Shown here piece by piece: positions 1 through 10,249 of a stretch of DNA of 64,000 bases. The stretch lies in NCBI GenBank assembly GCA_041661505.1, contig JBAZUF010000001.1, positions 241,576-305,575 of the forward strand, given 5' to 3'. The notes under the pieces are model-generated. The model saw nothing but the letters and a program-made list of their open reading frames with translations, did no database searches and had not been told where the DNA came from. The position numbers were made by a program, and so were the translations under genes. This DNA is from Patescibacteria group bacterium. GTDB taxonomy: Bacteria > Patescibacteriota > Patescibacteriia > Patescibacteriales > JBAZCA01. The number at the start of each line of letters is the position of its first letter. The stretch's first letter is position 1.

Positions 1-1921
1 ACCCGTAAGCCATGACTTTGACAGCCGCCGCGTCTTTGGCGTCATTCATATCCGCCACGCGCTTATATATTTTTACAAACTGATCTTTGGCTTTCTTTTC
101 GGCCGCGTCGCTTGTTACGCTTGGGAACCGGCCGTTGGCAATTTTAATCGCTTCGGTTAATTCGGCTTCGGTTTCCGGCAATTTGTCAAAAGCGGCTTTG
201 TAAGAATATATAACGGCCGCCCGCTCCCCTTCTCCTAATTTCTGGGTGTTAGCATCAACGCCGTAAGTGATAAAATTATTAATAGCCGTTTCCATTTTTT
301 CCGTTATTTTTTTGAATTCTTTAACTAATCTATCTAGATATTTTATTTTCGCCGCCTGTTCTTTTACCGTATCCCTTAAAAGCTTTAGTTCGGACAATAT
401 TTCATTAACCTTGTCGTTTTGCAGTAAATTGGCCTTGTCTTTAATTTTATTTATCTGCGCGTCATAATTATCTTTCGCTAATTCAGACCCATCGCCGCTT
501 GATTCGTCTTCGCTATAGCCGGTACAGGCCCCGTTTTCGCAGGACGCGCATTTTACCACTTTAAACTTATCATTTACTCCACTGCAGTAGGCTTCGGCTA
601 TGTAACAGCCTGCTCCTGAACATTTATCGGCCGAGGAATAATATTTATTGCCTGACTGGACGTAAAAATTATTGCCATCTTGAGTAGCCGCGACGACAAC
701 GCATTTGTCGTTGAATTTAAGGATATCGTTATATTTGACTGTTGAAACGTACCCCGCCTGGCCGTAAATTTTACCGCCGTCAGAATCCTTGCAGTAGCTC
801 TCTTTTTTGCATCCTTCGGGTCCGCAACAGGCGCCGAGCCAGCAGCCATGCTCGCATTTAATGTTCTCCTGGTGGACATATCCGTCCGAACCGCAAGTAA
901 TTTCATTTAATTCATTGCCGCCCAAACAATAATCATCAAAGCTTTCCGTCAGGTTTAACGCTTTGCCCCAGTAAGCTACTCCCTTGCCGGTCCCTTTTAC
1001 ATTTACATCTTTACCGTTATCCGAGTCTGTACATTTTTTGCTTTCGCTATTATCAGTGATCACAATCGTGCTTTGTATACTATTGTTGTTCTCGTTTGAT
1101 TCTTCCAGCTCATTTTTATTATCGGCGGTAAATTGCATATATAGATTGCCGCCGGTAGAAAAATTGCCTACCCAGGAAAAAGTAATTGATTCATTGGTTT
1201 TCAGCGGATTGGCGGCCGTCGGTAAGTTCCGGCTGGCCTGATAAGAATTTATGTCAGGTGTCACTTTATTAAACTTAAAATTCTGGCCGGCTAAATTAAG
1301 TTCAAAATCAGTAAGTCCTTTAGCATCAGTCAAATCAGCGCCAAGGTTTTTAATAGTTACGGACATTGTCCCATCCACTCCGGTTTCCATTTCCGGAGCG
1401 CTGAATTTGAGGCTGGTAATGGCAAGATCTGGAGCGGTTGCGCTTTCACTTCCTATAACAATAGTCTTTGTCAGGGAGTTATTGGCGTCATTTGACTCTT
1501 CTAGCTCATTGGCGTTATCGACCGTATATGTTAATATCTTGTTTCCCGCGATGGAAAATTTTCCTACCCAGGAAAAAGTAATTGATTCATTGGTTTTCAG
1601 CGGATTGGCGACGGTAGGCAGGGCTCGGCTGGTTTGGAAATCAGTAATACTTGGAGTAGCGCTGTTAAATACGAATCCCTGAAGCGACAGGTTGAAATAA
1701 GTATTTGTTAAACCCTTCGAATCGGTTAAATCGCCTCCTAAATTTTTAACAGTTACCCAAATAGTGCCATCTTCGCCTGCTAGCCCGCCGGGTGAGGTAA
1801 ATTTAATATCTGTAGCCGCTAGATCGGGTTTAGCAACTTCTGCCTTAAGTTTTATAGCAACTCCAAAAATAGACAAGCACAAAATAGCTGACAAAATAAA
1901 ATACTGAATTTTTTTATACAT
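1..1921 (-). CDS. Secreted surface protein, C-terminus runs off the window start. It has a signal peptide, two tandem CARDB-like domains, a Cys-rich module and a coiled-coil/conserved tail.
   Basis: Hand translation of the minus strand from the ATG at 1921..1919 (MYKKIQYFILSAILCLSIFG...) stays open to position 1. It is absent from the ORF track because no stop lies in the window. Two domains each end in ELEESN-xxNN, which is CARDB-like. The tail reads ...LGEGERAAVIYSYKAAF... Confidence 0.75.
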   Translation of the reverse strand, partial: MYKKIQYFILSAILCLSIFGVAIKLKAEVAKPDLAATDIKFTSPGGLAGEDGTIWVTVKNLGGDLTDSKGLTNTYFNLSLQGFVFNSATPSITDFQTSRALPTVANPLKTNESITFSWVGKFSIAGNKILTYTVDNANELEESNDANNSLTKTIVIGSESATAPDLAITSLKFSAPEMETGVDGTMSVTIKNLGADLTDAKGLTDFELNLAGQNFKFNKVTPDINSYQASRNLPTAANPLKTNESITFSWVGNFSTGGNLYMQFTADNKNELEESNENNNSIQSTIVITDNSESKKCTDSDNGKDVNVKGTGKGVAYWGKALNLTESFDDYCLGGNELNEITCGSDGYVHQENIKCEHGCWLGACCGPEGCKKESYCKDSDGGKIYGQAGYVSTVKYNDILKFNDKCVVVAATQDGNNFYVQSGNKYYSSADKCSGAGCYIAEAYCSGVNDKFKVVKCASCENGACTGYSEDESSGDGSELAKDNYDAQINKIKDKANLLQNDKVNEILSELKLLRDTVKEQAAKIKYLDRLVKEFKKITEKMETAINNFITYGVDANTQKLGEGERAAVIYSYKAAFDKLPETEAELTEAIKIANGRFPSVTSDAAEKKAKDQFVKIYKRVADMNDAKDAAAVKVMAYG

Positions 1922-2006
1922 ATTTCTTGCTCATATTATAGTTAACTCATTATTTACTATACCACATCCATTAAGATAATAAAAGCAAATTTATTTAACT
2001 TTTCCC

Positions 2007-2038
2007 AAAAACAAAAGCAGAGCCAACAAATGCTCTGC
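2007..2038 (-). terminator. Rho-independent terminator after fusA
   Basis: Stem GCAGAGC(2017-2023)/GCTCTGC(2032-2038) is followed on the minus strand by a T-run (plus-strand A-run 2007-2016). Confidence 0.6.
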
Positions 2039-2062
2039 TTCAAACAATGTTTTATTTTAAGC

Positions 2063-4141
2063 TTATTTCTTCCTCTTCTCAATAATTTCCAGCGCGACAT
2101 TATTCGGGACTTCAGCGTAATGCAGGAGTTCCATTGAGTAGCTCGCCCGGCCTTGGGTCATTGACCGTAATTGCGTCGCGTAACCGAACATCTGGGCTAA
2201 AGGCACTTTGGCGGTAATTTCTTTTACCTGTCCGCGGTCGCCCATCTCCTCAATCTGTCCGCGCTTGGAATTTAAGTCGCCGATAACGTCGCCCATAAAC
2301 TGCTCCGGAGTAACGACTACCACTTTCATAATCGGCTCTAAAATAATCGGAGTAGCCCGCCGGGCCGCTTCCTGGAACGCCATTGATCCGGCGATTTTAA
2401 AAGCCGCTTCGTTGGAATCGACGTCATGGTAAGAACCATCATAAACGGCGACTTTAACGTCAACCATCGGATAGCCGGCAAGTATTCCTTTATCCAAAGC
2501 TTCTTTTACGCCTTTATTAATCGGGGTAATAAATTCTCTAGGGATAGATCCGCCTTTTACTTCGTCCAAAAATTCATAACCCTTTCCGGCTTCATTCGGT
2601 TCAACTCTTAACCAGCAGTGGCCGTATTGTCCGCGGCCGCCTGATTGCTTAATATATTTTCCTTCGGCTTCCGCCGACTTTTTTACGGTTTCGCGGTAAG
2701 CTACCTGCGGATTGCCGACGTTAGCTTCAACGTTGAATTCCCGCTTCATCCGGTCGATAATAATATCCAGGTGCAATTCTCCCATGCCGGAAATTAGAGT
2801 CTGGTTTATTTCTTCGTCGGATTTTACCCGGAAGGTCGGGTCCTCTTCGGCCAATTTTGCCAAAGCCACGCCCATTTTTTCTTGGTCGGCCTTGGTTTTC
2901 GGTTCGACGGCGATAGAAATAACCGGTTCGGGGAAAGTAATTGATTCCAAAACTACCGGGCGGTTTTCATCGCATAAAGTGTTCCCGGTAGTCGTGTCTT
3001 TCAGGCCGATAACCGCGGCGATTTCTCCGGAATAAACTTCGCCGACTTCTTCGCGGTGGTTAGCGTGCATCCGAACAATCCGGCCGATTCTTTCTTTATT
3101 GCCTTTGGAGGCGTTTAAAACGTAGGAGCCGGATTTTAATACTCCGCCGTACACCCGGATAAAAGTCAATTTTCCGACAAAAGGATCAGTCGCGACTTTA
3201 AAAGCCAAAGCGGCGAATTTTTCTTCATCCGAATATTTTACCGCGATTTTCTTTTCCGGATCTTTAGGATCAAAGCCTTCAATCGGAGGCAAATCGGTCG
3301 GCGCCGGGAGATAATCTACTACGGCGTCTAACATAAATTGGACGCCTTTATTTTTCAAAGCGCTTCCGCAGAATACCGGAACAATTTTTCCGGCGATTAC
3401 GGCTTTACGGAGTTCTCTTTTTAAATCGGGAATCGCGATATCTTCTCCGGCTAAATATTTAGTCATCAAGGCTTCGTTATTCTCCACAATCGCCTCAATT
3501 AATTTAGCCCGGTATTCTTCGGCTTTTTCTTTCATGTCTTCCGGGATTTCCGTATCTTCCCATTTGGTTCCCAAATCATCCAAATAGATGCGGGCTTTTC
3601 TTTCAAACAATTCAACAATGCCCTTAAAATCCGATTCCTGGCCGATTGGCAGTTGGACCGGAAAAGCGCTCTTAGTTAAGCGGTCATGAATTGAAGCGAC
3701 GTCTTTATAAAAATCCGCGCCCATGCGGTCGAGTTTATTGATAAAACAAATCCGCGGAACATTGTATTTGTCCGCCTGATGCCAGACAGTTTCCGACTGC
3801 GGTTCTACTCCGGCCACGCCGTCAAAAATTACTACGCCGCCATCTAAAACCCGGAGCGAGCGCTCCACTTCAGCCGTAAAATCCACGTGTCCGGGAGTAT
3901 CAATGATATTAATCCGGCAATCTTTCCAAAAGCAGGTAGTGGCCGCCGAAGTAATCGTAATTCCCCGTTCCTGCTCCTGCTCCATCCAGTCCATTTCAGC
4001 CGCGCCTTCGTGCACTTCGCCGATTTTATGTTTTTTACCGGTATAAAAAAGCACCCGTTCGGTTACGGTTGTCTTTCCGGCGTCGATATGGGCGATAATC
4101 CCGATATTTCTTGTTTTTTCAATCGAATATTCTCGTGGCAT
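2063..4141 (-). CDS. fusA: Translation elongation factor G
   Basis: 692 aa with G-domain motifs [17 protein letters not shown] and NKLD, and full-length EF-G colinearity. Confidence 0.97.
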   Translation of the reverse strand: MPREYSIEKTRNIGIIAHIDAGKTTVTERVLFYTGKKHKIGEVHEGAAEMDWMEQEQERGITITSAATTCFWKDCRINIIDTPGHVDFTAEVERSLRVLDGGVVIFDGVAGVEPQSETVWHQADKYNVPRICFINKLDRMGADFYKDVASIHDRLTKSAFPVQLPIGQESDFKGIVELFERKARIYLDDLGTKWEDTEIPEDMKEKAEEYRAKLIEAIVENNEALMTKYLAGEDIAIPDLKRELRKAVIAGKIVPVFCGSALKNKGVQFMLDAVVDYLPAPTDLPPIEGFDPKDPEKKIAVKYSDEEKFAALAFKVATDPFVGKLTFIRVYGGVLKSGSYVLNASKGNKERIGRIVRMHANHREEVGEVYSGEIAAVIGLKDTTTGNTLCDENRPVVLESITFPEPVISIAVEPKTKADQEKMGVALAKLAEEDPTFRVKSDEEINQTLISGMGELHLDIIIDRMKREFNVEANVGNPQVAYRETVKKSAEAEGKYIKQSGGRGQYGHCWLRVEPNEAGKGYEFLDEVKGGSIPREFITPINKGVKEALDKGILAGYPMVDVKVAVYDGSYHDVDSNEAAFKIAGSMAFQEAARRATPIILEPIMKVVVVTPEQFMGDVIGDLNSKRGQIEEMGDRGQVKEITAKVPLAQMFGYATQLRSMTQGRASYSMELLHYAEVPNNVALEIIEKRKK

Positions 4142-4174
4142 ATTGTGTATTTCTTTCCACTGATAATTATCAGT

Positions 4175-4861
4175 CTATTTAATAAATTTAAAAGTATCAA
4201 GTATTGCATTATAAACTTTAAAATCATTATCATCCAAATAATCTCCCCTAATTTCATATCTCCCTGTATCGGTATCAATGCAGGCAGTAATCCAATCTTT
4301 ATACCTTATAATGTAAGCCTCATTGTCGTCAATAACTTTGTTTTCACTTATAATATCCTTTTTAGCTTGATTGAACTCTTCTCTGGAGAAAAATTTTCTG
4401 CCAACCTCCGGCGGTTCATTTATAAGTTTATTAATACACCAATCTTCAATACTTGTATTGTCCTTTTTCTGATACCACAATTCATCAAAGCAGGGGTTAT
4501 TTATCCCGCAAACCTTTTCTGAATATTCACCAGGTATTATTACAATTTCCTTAAATGTCCCTTTTTCTTGAGGTCGAATTTCTATTCCACCTTTACCCTC
4601 TATAAGCTCCCAGTTTTGAGGATATTTAAAAGTAAAAGGTTTTATTAATTTATAAGTGTCCCGACTGTCATACTTCTTATCAAGAATTAATTTATCTTGA
4701 TTTCCGTTTTCTGGTTCTTTTATTATCTCTTTCAGGCTAGTGGCAGGCTCACTATTAAGCTTTGATTTATTATTATTATTATAAACAATACCAGAAAATA
4801 TTACCGAAACTACCGCTAATGTCCCGGCTATGATTAATAAAATTTTTATAGCCCTGGTCAT
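4175..4861 (-). CDS. Hypothetical membrane-anchored protein, start overlaps the hepT stop (ATGA)
   Basis: 228 aa with an N-terminal TM helix (ILLIIAGTLAVVSVIFSGIV) and an Asn/Lys-rich linker. The 4-nt ATGA overlap with the upstream gene implies translational coupling. Confidence 0.65.
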   Translation of the reverse strand: MTRAIKILLIIAGTLAVVSVIFSGIVYNNNNKSKLNSEPATSLKEIIKEPENGNQDKLILDKKYDSRDTYKLIKPFTFKYPQNWELIEGKGGIEIRPQEKGTFKEIVIIPGEYSEKVCGINNPCFDELWYQKKDNTSIEDWCINKLINEPPEVGRKFFSREEFNQAKKDIISENKVIDDNEAYIIRYKDWITACIDTDTGRYEIRGDYLDDNDFKVYNAILDTFKFIK

Positions 4862-5208
4862 AAATTCTCAAAATCTTTTAGCATTTTCTTCATTAACTCA
4901 ATCAACTCCGGTATATCTTCTTTAATTGTTTTCCAGACAGTTTTCAAGCTTACCTGAAAATACTCGTGGGAAATCATATTGCGCATTCCAATAATTTCTA
5001 CCCATGGAATATCCTCGTACTTATCTTTTATTTCCATGGGAATATTTTTAGAGGCTTCGCCGATTATTTCAAAACACCGCTCCACCGCGTCAACTGTTTT
5101 TTGATCCACTTCGAATTCTTCATAACTCTTGCTCTCCCCGTATTCCAATATCCTTTCCGCTGATTCTATAATGTCATTAATGTAGGGGCTTATTTTTCTT
5201 TTGCCCAT
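4858..5208 (-). CDS. hepT: HEPN-domain (DUF86) toxin, HepT-like
   Basis: 116 aa with the Rx4H HEPN motif in GMRNMISHEY. It is paired with an MNT gene immediately upstream. Confidence 0.85.
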   Translation of the reverse strand: MGKRKISPYINDIIESAERILEYGESKSYEEFEVDQKTVDAVERCFEIIGEASKNIPMEIKDKYEDIPWVEIIGMRNMISHEYFQVSLKTVWKTIKEDIPELIELMKKMLKDFENL

Positions 5209-5219
5209 ATTATTGCTTC

Positions 5220-5510
5220 TTAGATATATAAAGTTTCCTTTAATATATCATCTTTGATAAGCCTTTTTAATCCCGACTTTTGAACTAGATCCACCTCCAT
5301 TTTTAACTTCTCTTCCAAAAACAATTTTAACTCAACATATTTAAATAAGCTTATCGGTTCTCTAAACTCCACCAAAACATCCACATCACTTCCTTCTTTC
5401 TGCTCTCCGGTCGCGTAAGAACCAAAAATTCCCAGCTCGCTTACGTGGTATTTTTCTCTTAAGCCGGGTAAAAGCTCCTTTAAAATTTTCTTTATATCTT
5501 CCAAGGCCAT
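5220..5510 (-). CDS. mntA: Minimal nucleotidyltransferase antitoxin, MntA-like
   Basis: Motif GSYATGEQKEGSDVDVLV (GS-x9-DxD). I prefer the start at MALEDIK (5510), which has AAAGG about 8 nt upstream. The track ORF starts at 5543. Confidence 0.85.
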   Translation of the reverse strand: MALEDIKKILKELLPGLREKYHVSELGIFGSYATGEQKEGSDVDVLVEFREPISLFKYVELKLFLEEKLKMEVDLVQKSGLKRLIKDDILKETLYI

Positions 5511-5581
5511 ATATTTGCCTTTTATTCGCGTTTTTTTGAACATTCGTTATGATTCGGAAAGTTCGGGCGGCATTCGCGAAT

Positions 5582-6049
5582 TTACCTCGCGAAGTGGGCA
5601 AAGGCTTTATTGGCTTCAGCCATGCGGTGAACGTCTTCCCGTTTTTTGACGGCCGCGCCTTCGTTATTCATGGCGGCGATCAGTTCATCGGCCAGCTTCT
5701 CGGCCATCTTTCCGCCCTTTTTGTTATCAGCCGCGTCAATAATCCAGCGGCAGCCCAAAGCGAACCGGCGTTTTCCCCGAACCTGAAACGGAACCTGGTA
5801 GTTCGCTCCGCCGACTCTTTTTCCGCGGACTTCTAAAAGCGGCGAAACAGTTTTCAACGCGCGGTTAAAGACGTGGCGCGGATCCTGCTTGGTTTTTTCC
5901 TTAATAATATCAAAAGCGCCATAGACGACCTTTTCGGCTATGGATTTTTTGCCTTCAATCATTAAGTAGTTAATGAACTTAGCGACGTCAACGTCATTAA
6001 ATTTTATATCGCCTTCAATTTTTCTTTTTGGTGCTGGTTTTCCTCTCAT
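5582..6049 (-). CDS. rpsG: 30S ribosomal protein S7
   Basis: 155 aa with a typical uS7 sequence (…RGKRVGGANYQVP…AFAHFR). Confidence 0.97.
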   Translation of the reverse strand: MRGKPAPKRKIEGDIKFNDVDVAKFINYLMIEGKKSIAEKVVYGAFDIIKEKTKQDPRHVFNRALKTVSPLLEVRGKRVGGANYQVPFQVRGKRRFALGCRWIIDAADNKKGGKMAEKLADELIAAMNNEGAAVKKREDVHRMAEANKAFAHFAR

Positions 6050-6130
6050 AGTAAATTATTTTTCTTGGCCATGGTCTCTTGCTTTTTCCAATTCATCCAT
6101 GTCCATGATTATATCAATTCAAATTATAAA

Positions 6131-6547
6131 TTACTTCTCCCTTTTGGCGCCGTAGCATGAGCGGCTTTGTTTTCTTCCTGACACGCCTTGGGCGTCGTAA
6201 ACGCCGCGGACGATTTTATAGCGCACGCCTGGAAGATCTTTGGTTTTCCCGCCTTTGATTAAAACAATGGAGTGCTCTTGCAGGTTATGGCCGATGCCCG
6301 GAATATAGGCGGTAACTTCCATGCCGTTTGAAAGCCGGACTCTCGCGATTTTTCTTAAAGCCGAGTTCGGTTTTTTCGGCGTGGTAGTCGTAACTTTAAC
6401 GCAGACTCCGCGCTTAAAAGCCGAGCCTTTAGGCAAATCGGTTCGGCGCTTATGCAGGGTATCCAAAGTCGACTGCAGGGCCGGCGATTTGCTTTTGGTC
6501 TTAATTTGTTTTCGTCCATGACGGACTAATTGGTTTATTGTTGGCAT
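6131..6547 (-). CDS. rpsL: 30S ribosomal protein S12
   Basis: 138 aa, MPTINQLVR…[10 protein letters not shown]…[13 protein letters not shown]-type sequence. Confidence 0.97.
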   Translation of the reverse strand: MPTINQLVRHGRKQIKTKSKSPALQSTLDTLHKRRTDLPKGSAFKRGVCVKVTTTTPKKPNSALRKIARVRLSNGMEVTAYIPGIGHNLQEHSIVLIKGGKTKDLPGVRYKIVRGVYDAQGVSGRKQSRSCYGAKREK

Positions 6548-6642
6548 AATTGAGATAAAAATTGGAGGCCATTAAAAAATATGTTCGCTTGAATACTAAA
6601 ACAAAGCCCCGGAGGAGCTGTCACGTGTATGAATAATTTAAC

Positions 6643-6690
6643 AAAATAAAAAAAATAAGTCAAGGCGAGCTAGGGGCAAGCCTTGACTTA
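6643..6690 (-). terminator. Rho-independent terminator closing the PrkA-like/bEBP operon
   Basis: An 11-bp stem TAAGTCAAGGC(6656-6666)/GCCTTGACTTA(6680-6690) is followed on the minus strand by a long T-run (plus-strand A-run 6643-6655). Confidence 0.75.
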
Positions 6691-6742
6691 TGAACAGAGA
6701 AAAATAGGTTACAGATTAAGGAAAGAGGCTAATTGCGTCGGG

Positions 6743-7807
6743 TCACGAAGAAACATGCTGGCCCTGTAGCGGTATTCCGAGGCTTTTCATTTTCATGGAA
6801 AGCGTGGTCCGGTTCATGCCCAGCATTTCCGCGGCCTTTTTCTTATTGCCATCAGTTGCGGACAACGCTTCCAAAATATACTGAATTTCCACCTCCTTTA
6901 AAACTGACGGCAAGTCGATTATTTCACCCTTCGCCAAAAAATTCGTATCATGCCCGACCGAATAGGCCTTTCTTTTCTTCTGGGCGATTGAATTCCCGAA
7001 GACATCAACGTCCAACGTCTCTCTCGAGGGATAGTTCACCAGAGCGTTAAGCACGGCTTTGCGGATGTCCCTGGCGTTGCCCGGCCATTCGCGCTCCAAG
7101 AGGTATTTTTCGGCTCTTCTGGTAATCTCCGGAGCAGAATCTAATTGAAGTTCGCTCGAAGCTTCAAGCAGAAACTTCCGGGCCAGAGGAAGAATGTCTT
7201 CAGGGCGTTCGCTGAGCGGAGGGATGTGAATCTGATACGGAAATCGGCAAAGCAGATCTCCGCGAAACTTTCCCTGATCAACCATTTCCTGTAAATCGCG
7301 GTTGGTGGCCGCGATTACTCTCGTGTTTATCCGCCGGGTCTTGTTGCTGCCTACTGGCTGGATTTCCCGTTCTTCGAGAACCCGAAGCAGTTTTGCCTGG
7401 ACGTTTGGGGAAATTTCTCCGATTTCGTCCAAAAGCAGGGTTCCGTCGGTCGCGGCTTCAAACATTCCCACCCGTCTGTCTTTTGCACCGGTAAAAGCCC
7501 CCTTCTCATGGCCAAACAATTCGGATTCCACCAAAGTTTCGGAAAACCCCGAGGATAAGACTTTAATGAAAGACCCATTTACCCTCGCGCTGAACCGAGC
7601 CAGTAGCCCCGCGACTAGTTCCTTGCCGGTACCACTTTCTCCGGTGATGAGTACCGGGAAGCTTGTCGGAGCAATCATCTCCGCTCTTTCAAGAACCCTT
7701 TTCATCGCCGGACTCTCGGCGATTATTTCACCTGCCGCGTCCGAGAGGCTATAGCCCGATCGGATGGGCACGACTTTCCTTGACTCCTCCATATTCCCCT
7801 CCTTCAA
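6743..7807 (-). CDS. Sigma54-dependent enhancer-binding AAA+ protein without a sensor domain (PspF/HrpS-like), with a C-terminal Fis-type HTH
   Basis: 354 aa with Walker A GESGTGKE, an intact GAFTGA loop, Walker B LLLDEIGE, RVIAATNRDL and FRGDLLCRF…PPLSERPEDI, plus the HTH KKKAAEMLGMNRTTLSMKMK. Only about 35 aa precede the AAA+ core. Confidence 0.9.
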   Translation of the reverse strand: MKEGNMEESRKVVPIRSGYSLSDAAGEIIAESPAMKRVLERAEMIAPTSFPVLITGESGTGKELVAGLLARFSARVNGSFIKVLSSGFSETLVESELFGHEKGAFTGAKDRRVGMFEAATDGTLLLDEIGEISPNVQAKLLRVLEEREIQPVGSNKTRRINTRVIAATNRDLQEMVDQGKFRGDLLCRFPYQIHIPPLSERPEDILPLARKFLLEASSELQLDSAPEITRRAEKYLLEREWPGNARDIRKAVLNALVNYPSRETLDVDVFGNSIAQKKRKAYSVGHDTNFLAKGEIIDLPSVLKEVEIQYILEALSATDGNKKKAAEMLGMNRTTLSMKMKSLGIPLQGQHVSS

Positions 7808-7814
7808 AATGGCT

Positions 7815-10106
7815 TTATGAAAATTGCGTGGCCAGGTTTTTGTCTATCGCGTAAACGCAGATTTCCCTGGCTCCTTCTTCGCTATAGCCGTATTTTGCAA
7901 CGAGATTTTGTATTAGGCGGGAGACATCTTCCTGAATGCGCTTATCGAATGAACGGAAGCTGTCCTCTCCAAATTCCTTAATTGCGCTTCGAAAGTTCTT
8001 ATTCGCGAAGGGCGCGAGAACGTTTTCTTTCAGGCGACGCTTATAGCTTTCGATCAAGTAACAGTAAAGCGCCGTTTCCCTTATCGGTTTCTCGTCAATT
8101 AACATTTCTCGGGCTAGAGCTTCGGTAGCGTAGCGCTTCTGGGTTTCTTTTCGAAACTCCAGGATTCTTCCCCGGCCGGCGGTTTTTCCCAGAATTACCC
8201 GTTCCACATCCCCATACATACCATCGCTTATTTCCAGATCCTCTTTGGTAAAGTAGCATTTTGCCTTTGTTCCGAGCTCAAAATTCACCGCGGTTAAATA
8301 GTTGAGGATCTTTCTTGAAATATGTTCTTCGTTGGAGCTGCCAAACGCCTCCTTTATCTCCTGAAGGGTTAAGTAGTTGTACATGGAAATGAGTAAACCG
8401 AGAAAATTTTCCGGTATAGGACTGTTTTGCCTGCCCGGAAATTTCTTTTCAAAAAAATCGCGCACCATGCCGATGGTTACAAGCCTGCCAGTTCCGGAGC
8501 GTATAGCCAGATGGGCCGAGTAAAACTCTCCAAACAGCCCGATTGAATCTCTTCCGGTAATGCCCGATCCGCCTTCTCTAAGCGATTCTGACTCGGAAAG
8601 AAACTTTCTTCTAACCTTTGGAGAGAATTTCTTTCTATCCTCGTCTGTGAGCCACTTGGGAATCTTTCCCGCGTAAAGTTCCATCTTTAGAAGCAGGAAA
8701 TCCCAGTCGCAAATGTGAGCGTATCTTGTGCGGCTCGAAATCCAATCAAAAATTACCTTGGATCCCTTTAATCGGCTTGAGATAATCACTTTAGCAAAAG
8801 CTTCGAGCACGCCGGGAAGGAATATCTTTCTGATTTCCTCTCCAAAAACTTTCTCCCAAACCTTCACCTCCACTTCGTAGTCCCTGATATACGGGACTCT
8901 AATGTAGGTTATCCGGTCGGAAAAAGACGGCGCGTCGGCGATGTTTTCACGGTCTTCGGGATTCGTGACAGCCAAATAAAGGGAATTTATACGCTCTTCC
9001 AATTGCTCCTCAATTCTGTGCGAACCGTCGCTAATGAGGCCATGCAGATTTGCCATCCGCTCCTTGTTACAACCCTTGATGTCCATTAGAGCGTATATGC
9101 CACCGTTAGTATTGGCATGCCTCGAGTGAAGGTATTTCACCCGGCTACTGTCCCCCAAAAGAGCGTTAAGCTTTTTTTGGAGAAGATCGTTTGACATCAC
9201 TTGGACTTTTGGTATCTGGTCTCCGGGATTGAAAACGCCTATGCCTATCCCCATCCTCCGGTCGAAATTGCACTTCTTTGCGAATAGCATCTGAAAAACT
9301 TCGGACGGAGAGCCTAATATATCCAGAAGGGCGTAATAAAGAGATTGGCAGATAGTACACGGACTGTCCTTGAACACCCATTCATACTGCCGTTGCTCGA
9401 AGAGTTTTTTCTTAAATCCCTCATGTTCTATCAGTTCATCGAGGAATTCGGCCCGATGCTCTTTGGGTATCAAGAGGATCGGGCTATCGTGGTTAGGACA
9501 CGGGACTTCGAGATATTCGTCGACTGGATGACATCCTTTTTTGTTCTCGTCACTAAACTCATAAGAATTGGGGATAAGAGCTTTGAGCTGGGAAACCAAG
9601 TAGCTGTCGGAGCCGGTTCTGGTAATAGCTCTTTCCGCCATTTCTCTTTTGATCCGCCAAACCGTCTCATAAGTCGCCCCGGCTTCGGTTTTCGTGTATG
9701 CTTCAAACATCGCGAGCAAGCGATTCAGAAGCGTGCTCTTGCCTCCGCCGTACGGACCCTCGAAAATAAAAATCTGATTTTGCATCCGGCCTTTTCTGAA
9801 ACCGGCAACATGCCGGGCGAGCTCATTAACAAAAAGATTGTCCGCGAAAAAAGGCGGGGTCGTCCCATTCTCGAACAGCCGGCTGGAATCGTAGATAATA
9901 AACCTTGAAGATTCGGGATCGTCCGAATGCGGGTTTGTTCCCTCTCCCAGATAGTAAAAAAACATATCATAAAACAACTGGAAGATGTTGCGCAGTATAA
10001 GATCAGGAGACGCCGCCACCTTGTTGGCCAATCTGACGAATGAAAGCGGCGGGACGCAGTTTCTTTCCGTTATCTTTTGGAAAAGCCCGTCTAGCTTGTC
10101 GTTCAT
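7815..10106 (-). CDS. Divergent PrkA/YeaG-family P-loop (AAA-type) putative serine protein kinase
   Basis: 763 aa with Walker A GPYGGGKSTL followed by EAYTKTEAGATY. Blocks are colinear with B. subtilis PrkA as I recall it (CPNHDSPILLIP, GIGVFNPGD, VPYIRDY). The stop lies 7 nt before the bEBP start. Confidence 0.8.
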   Translation of the reverse strand: MNDKLDGLFQKITERNCVPPLSFVRLANKVAASPDLILRNIFQLFYDMFFYYLGEGTNPHSDDPESSRFIIYDSSRLFENGTTPPFFADNLFVNELARHVAGFRKGRMQNQIFIFEGPYGGGKSTLLNRLLAMFEAYTKTEAGATYETVWRIKREMAERAITRTGSDSYLVSQLKALIPNSYEFSDENKKGCHPVDEYLEVPCPNHDSPILLIPKEHRAEFLDELIEHEGFKKKLFEQRQYEWVFKDSPCTICQSLYYALLDILGSPSEVFQMLFAKKCNFDRRMGIGIGVFNPGDQIPKVQVMSNDLLQKKLNALLGDSSRVKYLHSRHANTNGGIYALMDIKGCNKERMANLHGLISDGSHRIEEQLEERINSLYLAVTNPEDRENIADAPSFSDRITYIRVPYIRDYEVEVKVWEKVFGEEIRKIFLPGVLEAFAKVIISSRLKGSKVIFDWISSRTRYAHICDWDFLLLKMELYAGKIPKWLTDEDRKKFSPKVRRKFLSESESLREGGSGITGRDSIGLFGEFYSAHLAIRSGTGRLVTIGMVRDFFEKKFPGRQNSPIPENFLGLLISMYNYLTLQEIKEAFGSSNEEHISRKILNYLTAVNFELGTKAKCYFTKEDLEISDGMYGDVERVILGKTAGRGRILEFRKETQKRYATEALAREMLIDEKPIRETALYCYLIESYKRRLKENVLAPFANKNFRSAIKEFGEDSFRSFDKRIQEDVSRLIQNLVAKYGYSEEGAREICVYAIDKNLATQFS

Positions 10107-10220
10107 TTCATCCTCCCTCTGTCTGATGAAAAATATGTTCAGCCTTTTAGTTTCGCCTATTTTCCTATATCCATTGTCAAAGAGCTTCCGCTCCTTTTTA
10201 AATAAATTGTCTCCTTGTAT

Positions 10221-10249
10221 ATAAAACCCCGGCGGTTTTATGGCCGGGG
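10221..10249 (-). terminator. Hairpin terminator upstream of the PrkA-like gene
   Basis: Stem CCCCGGC(10227-10233)/GCCGGGG(10243-10249) is followed on the minus strand by TTTTAT. Confidence 0.55.

Noticed and set aside
1167-1610. Possible diversity-generating retroelement (template/variable repeat) in the CARDB-like gene
   Set aside because: The two 48-nt copies are identical rather than differing at adenines, both lie in the coding region, and no reverse transcriptase gene is in the window.
598-1682. Track ORFs 598..906(-), 984..1241(+) and 1251..1682(+)
   Set aside because: All are alternative-frame or antisense shadows of the long minus-strand CARDB-like gene that runs off the window edge (1..1921).
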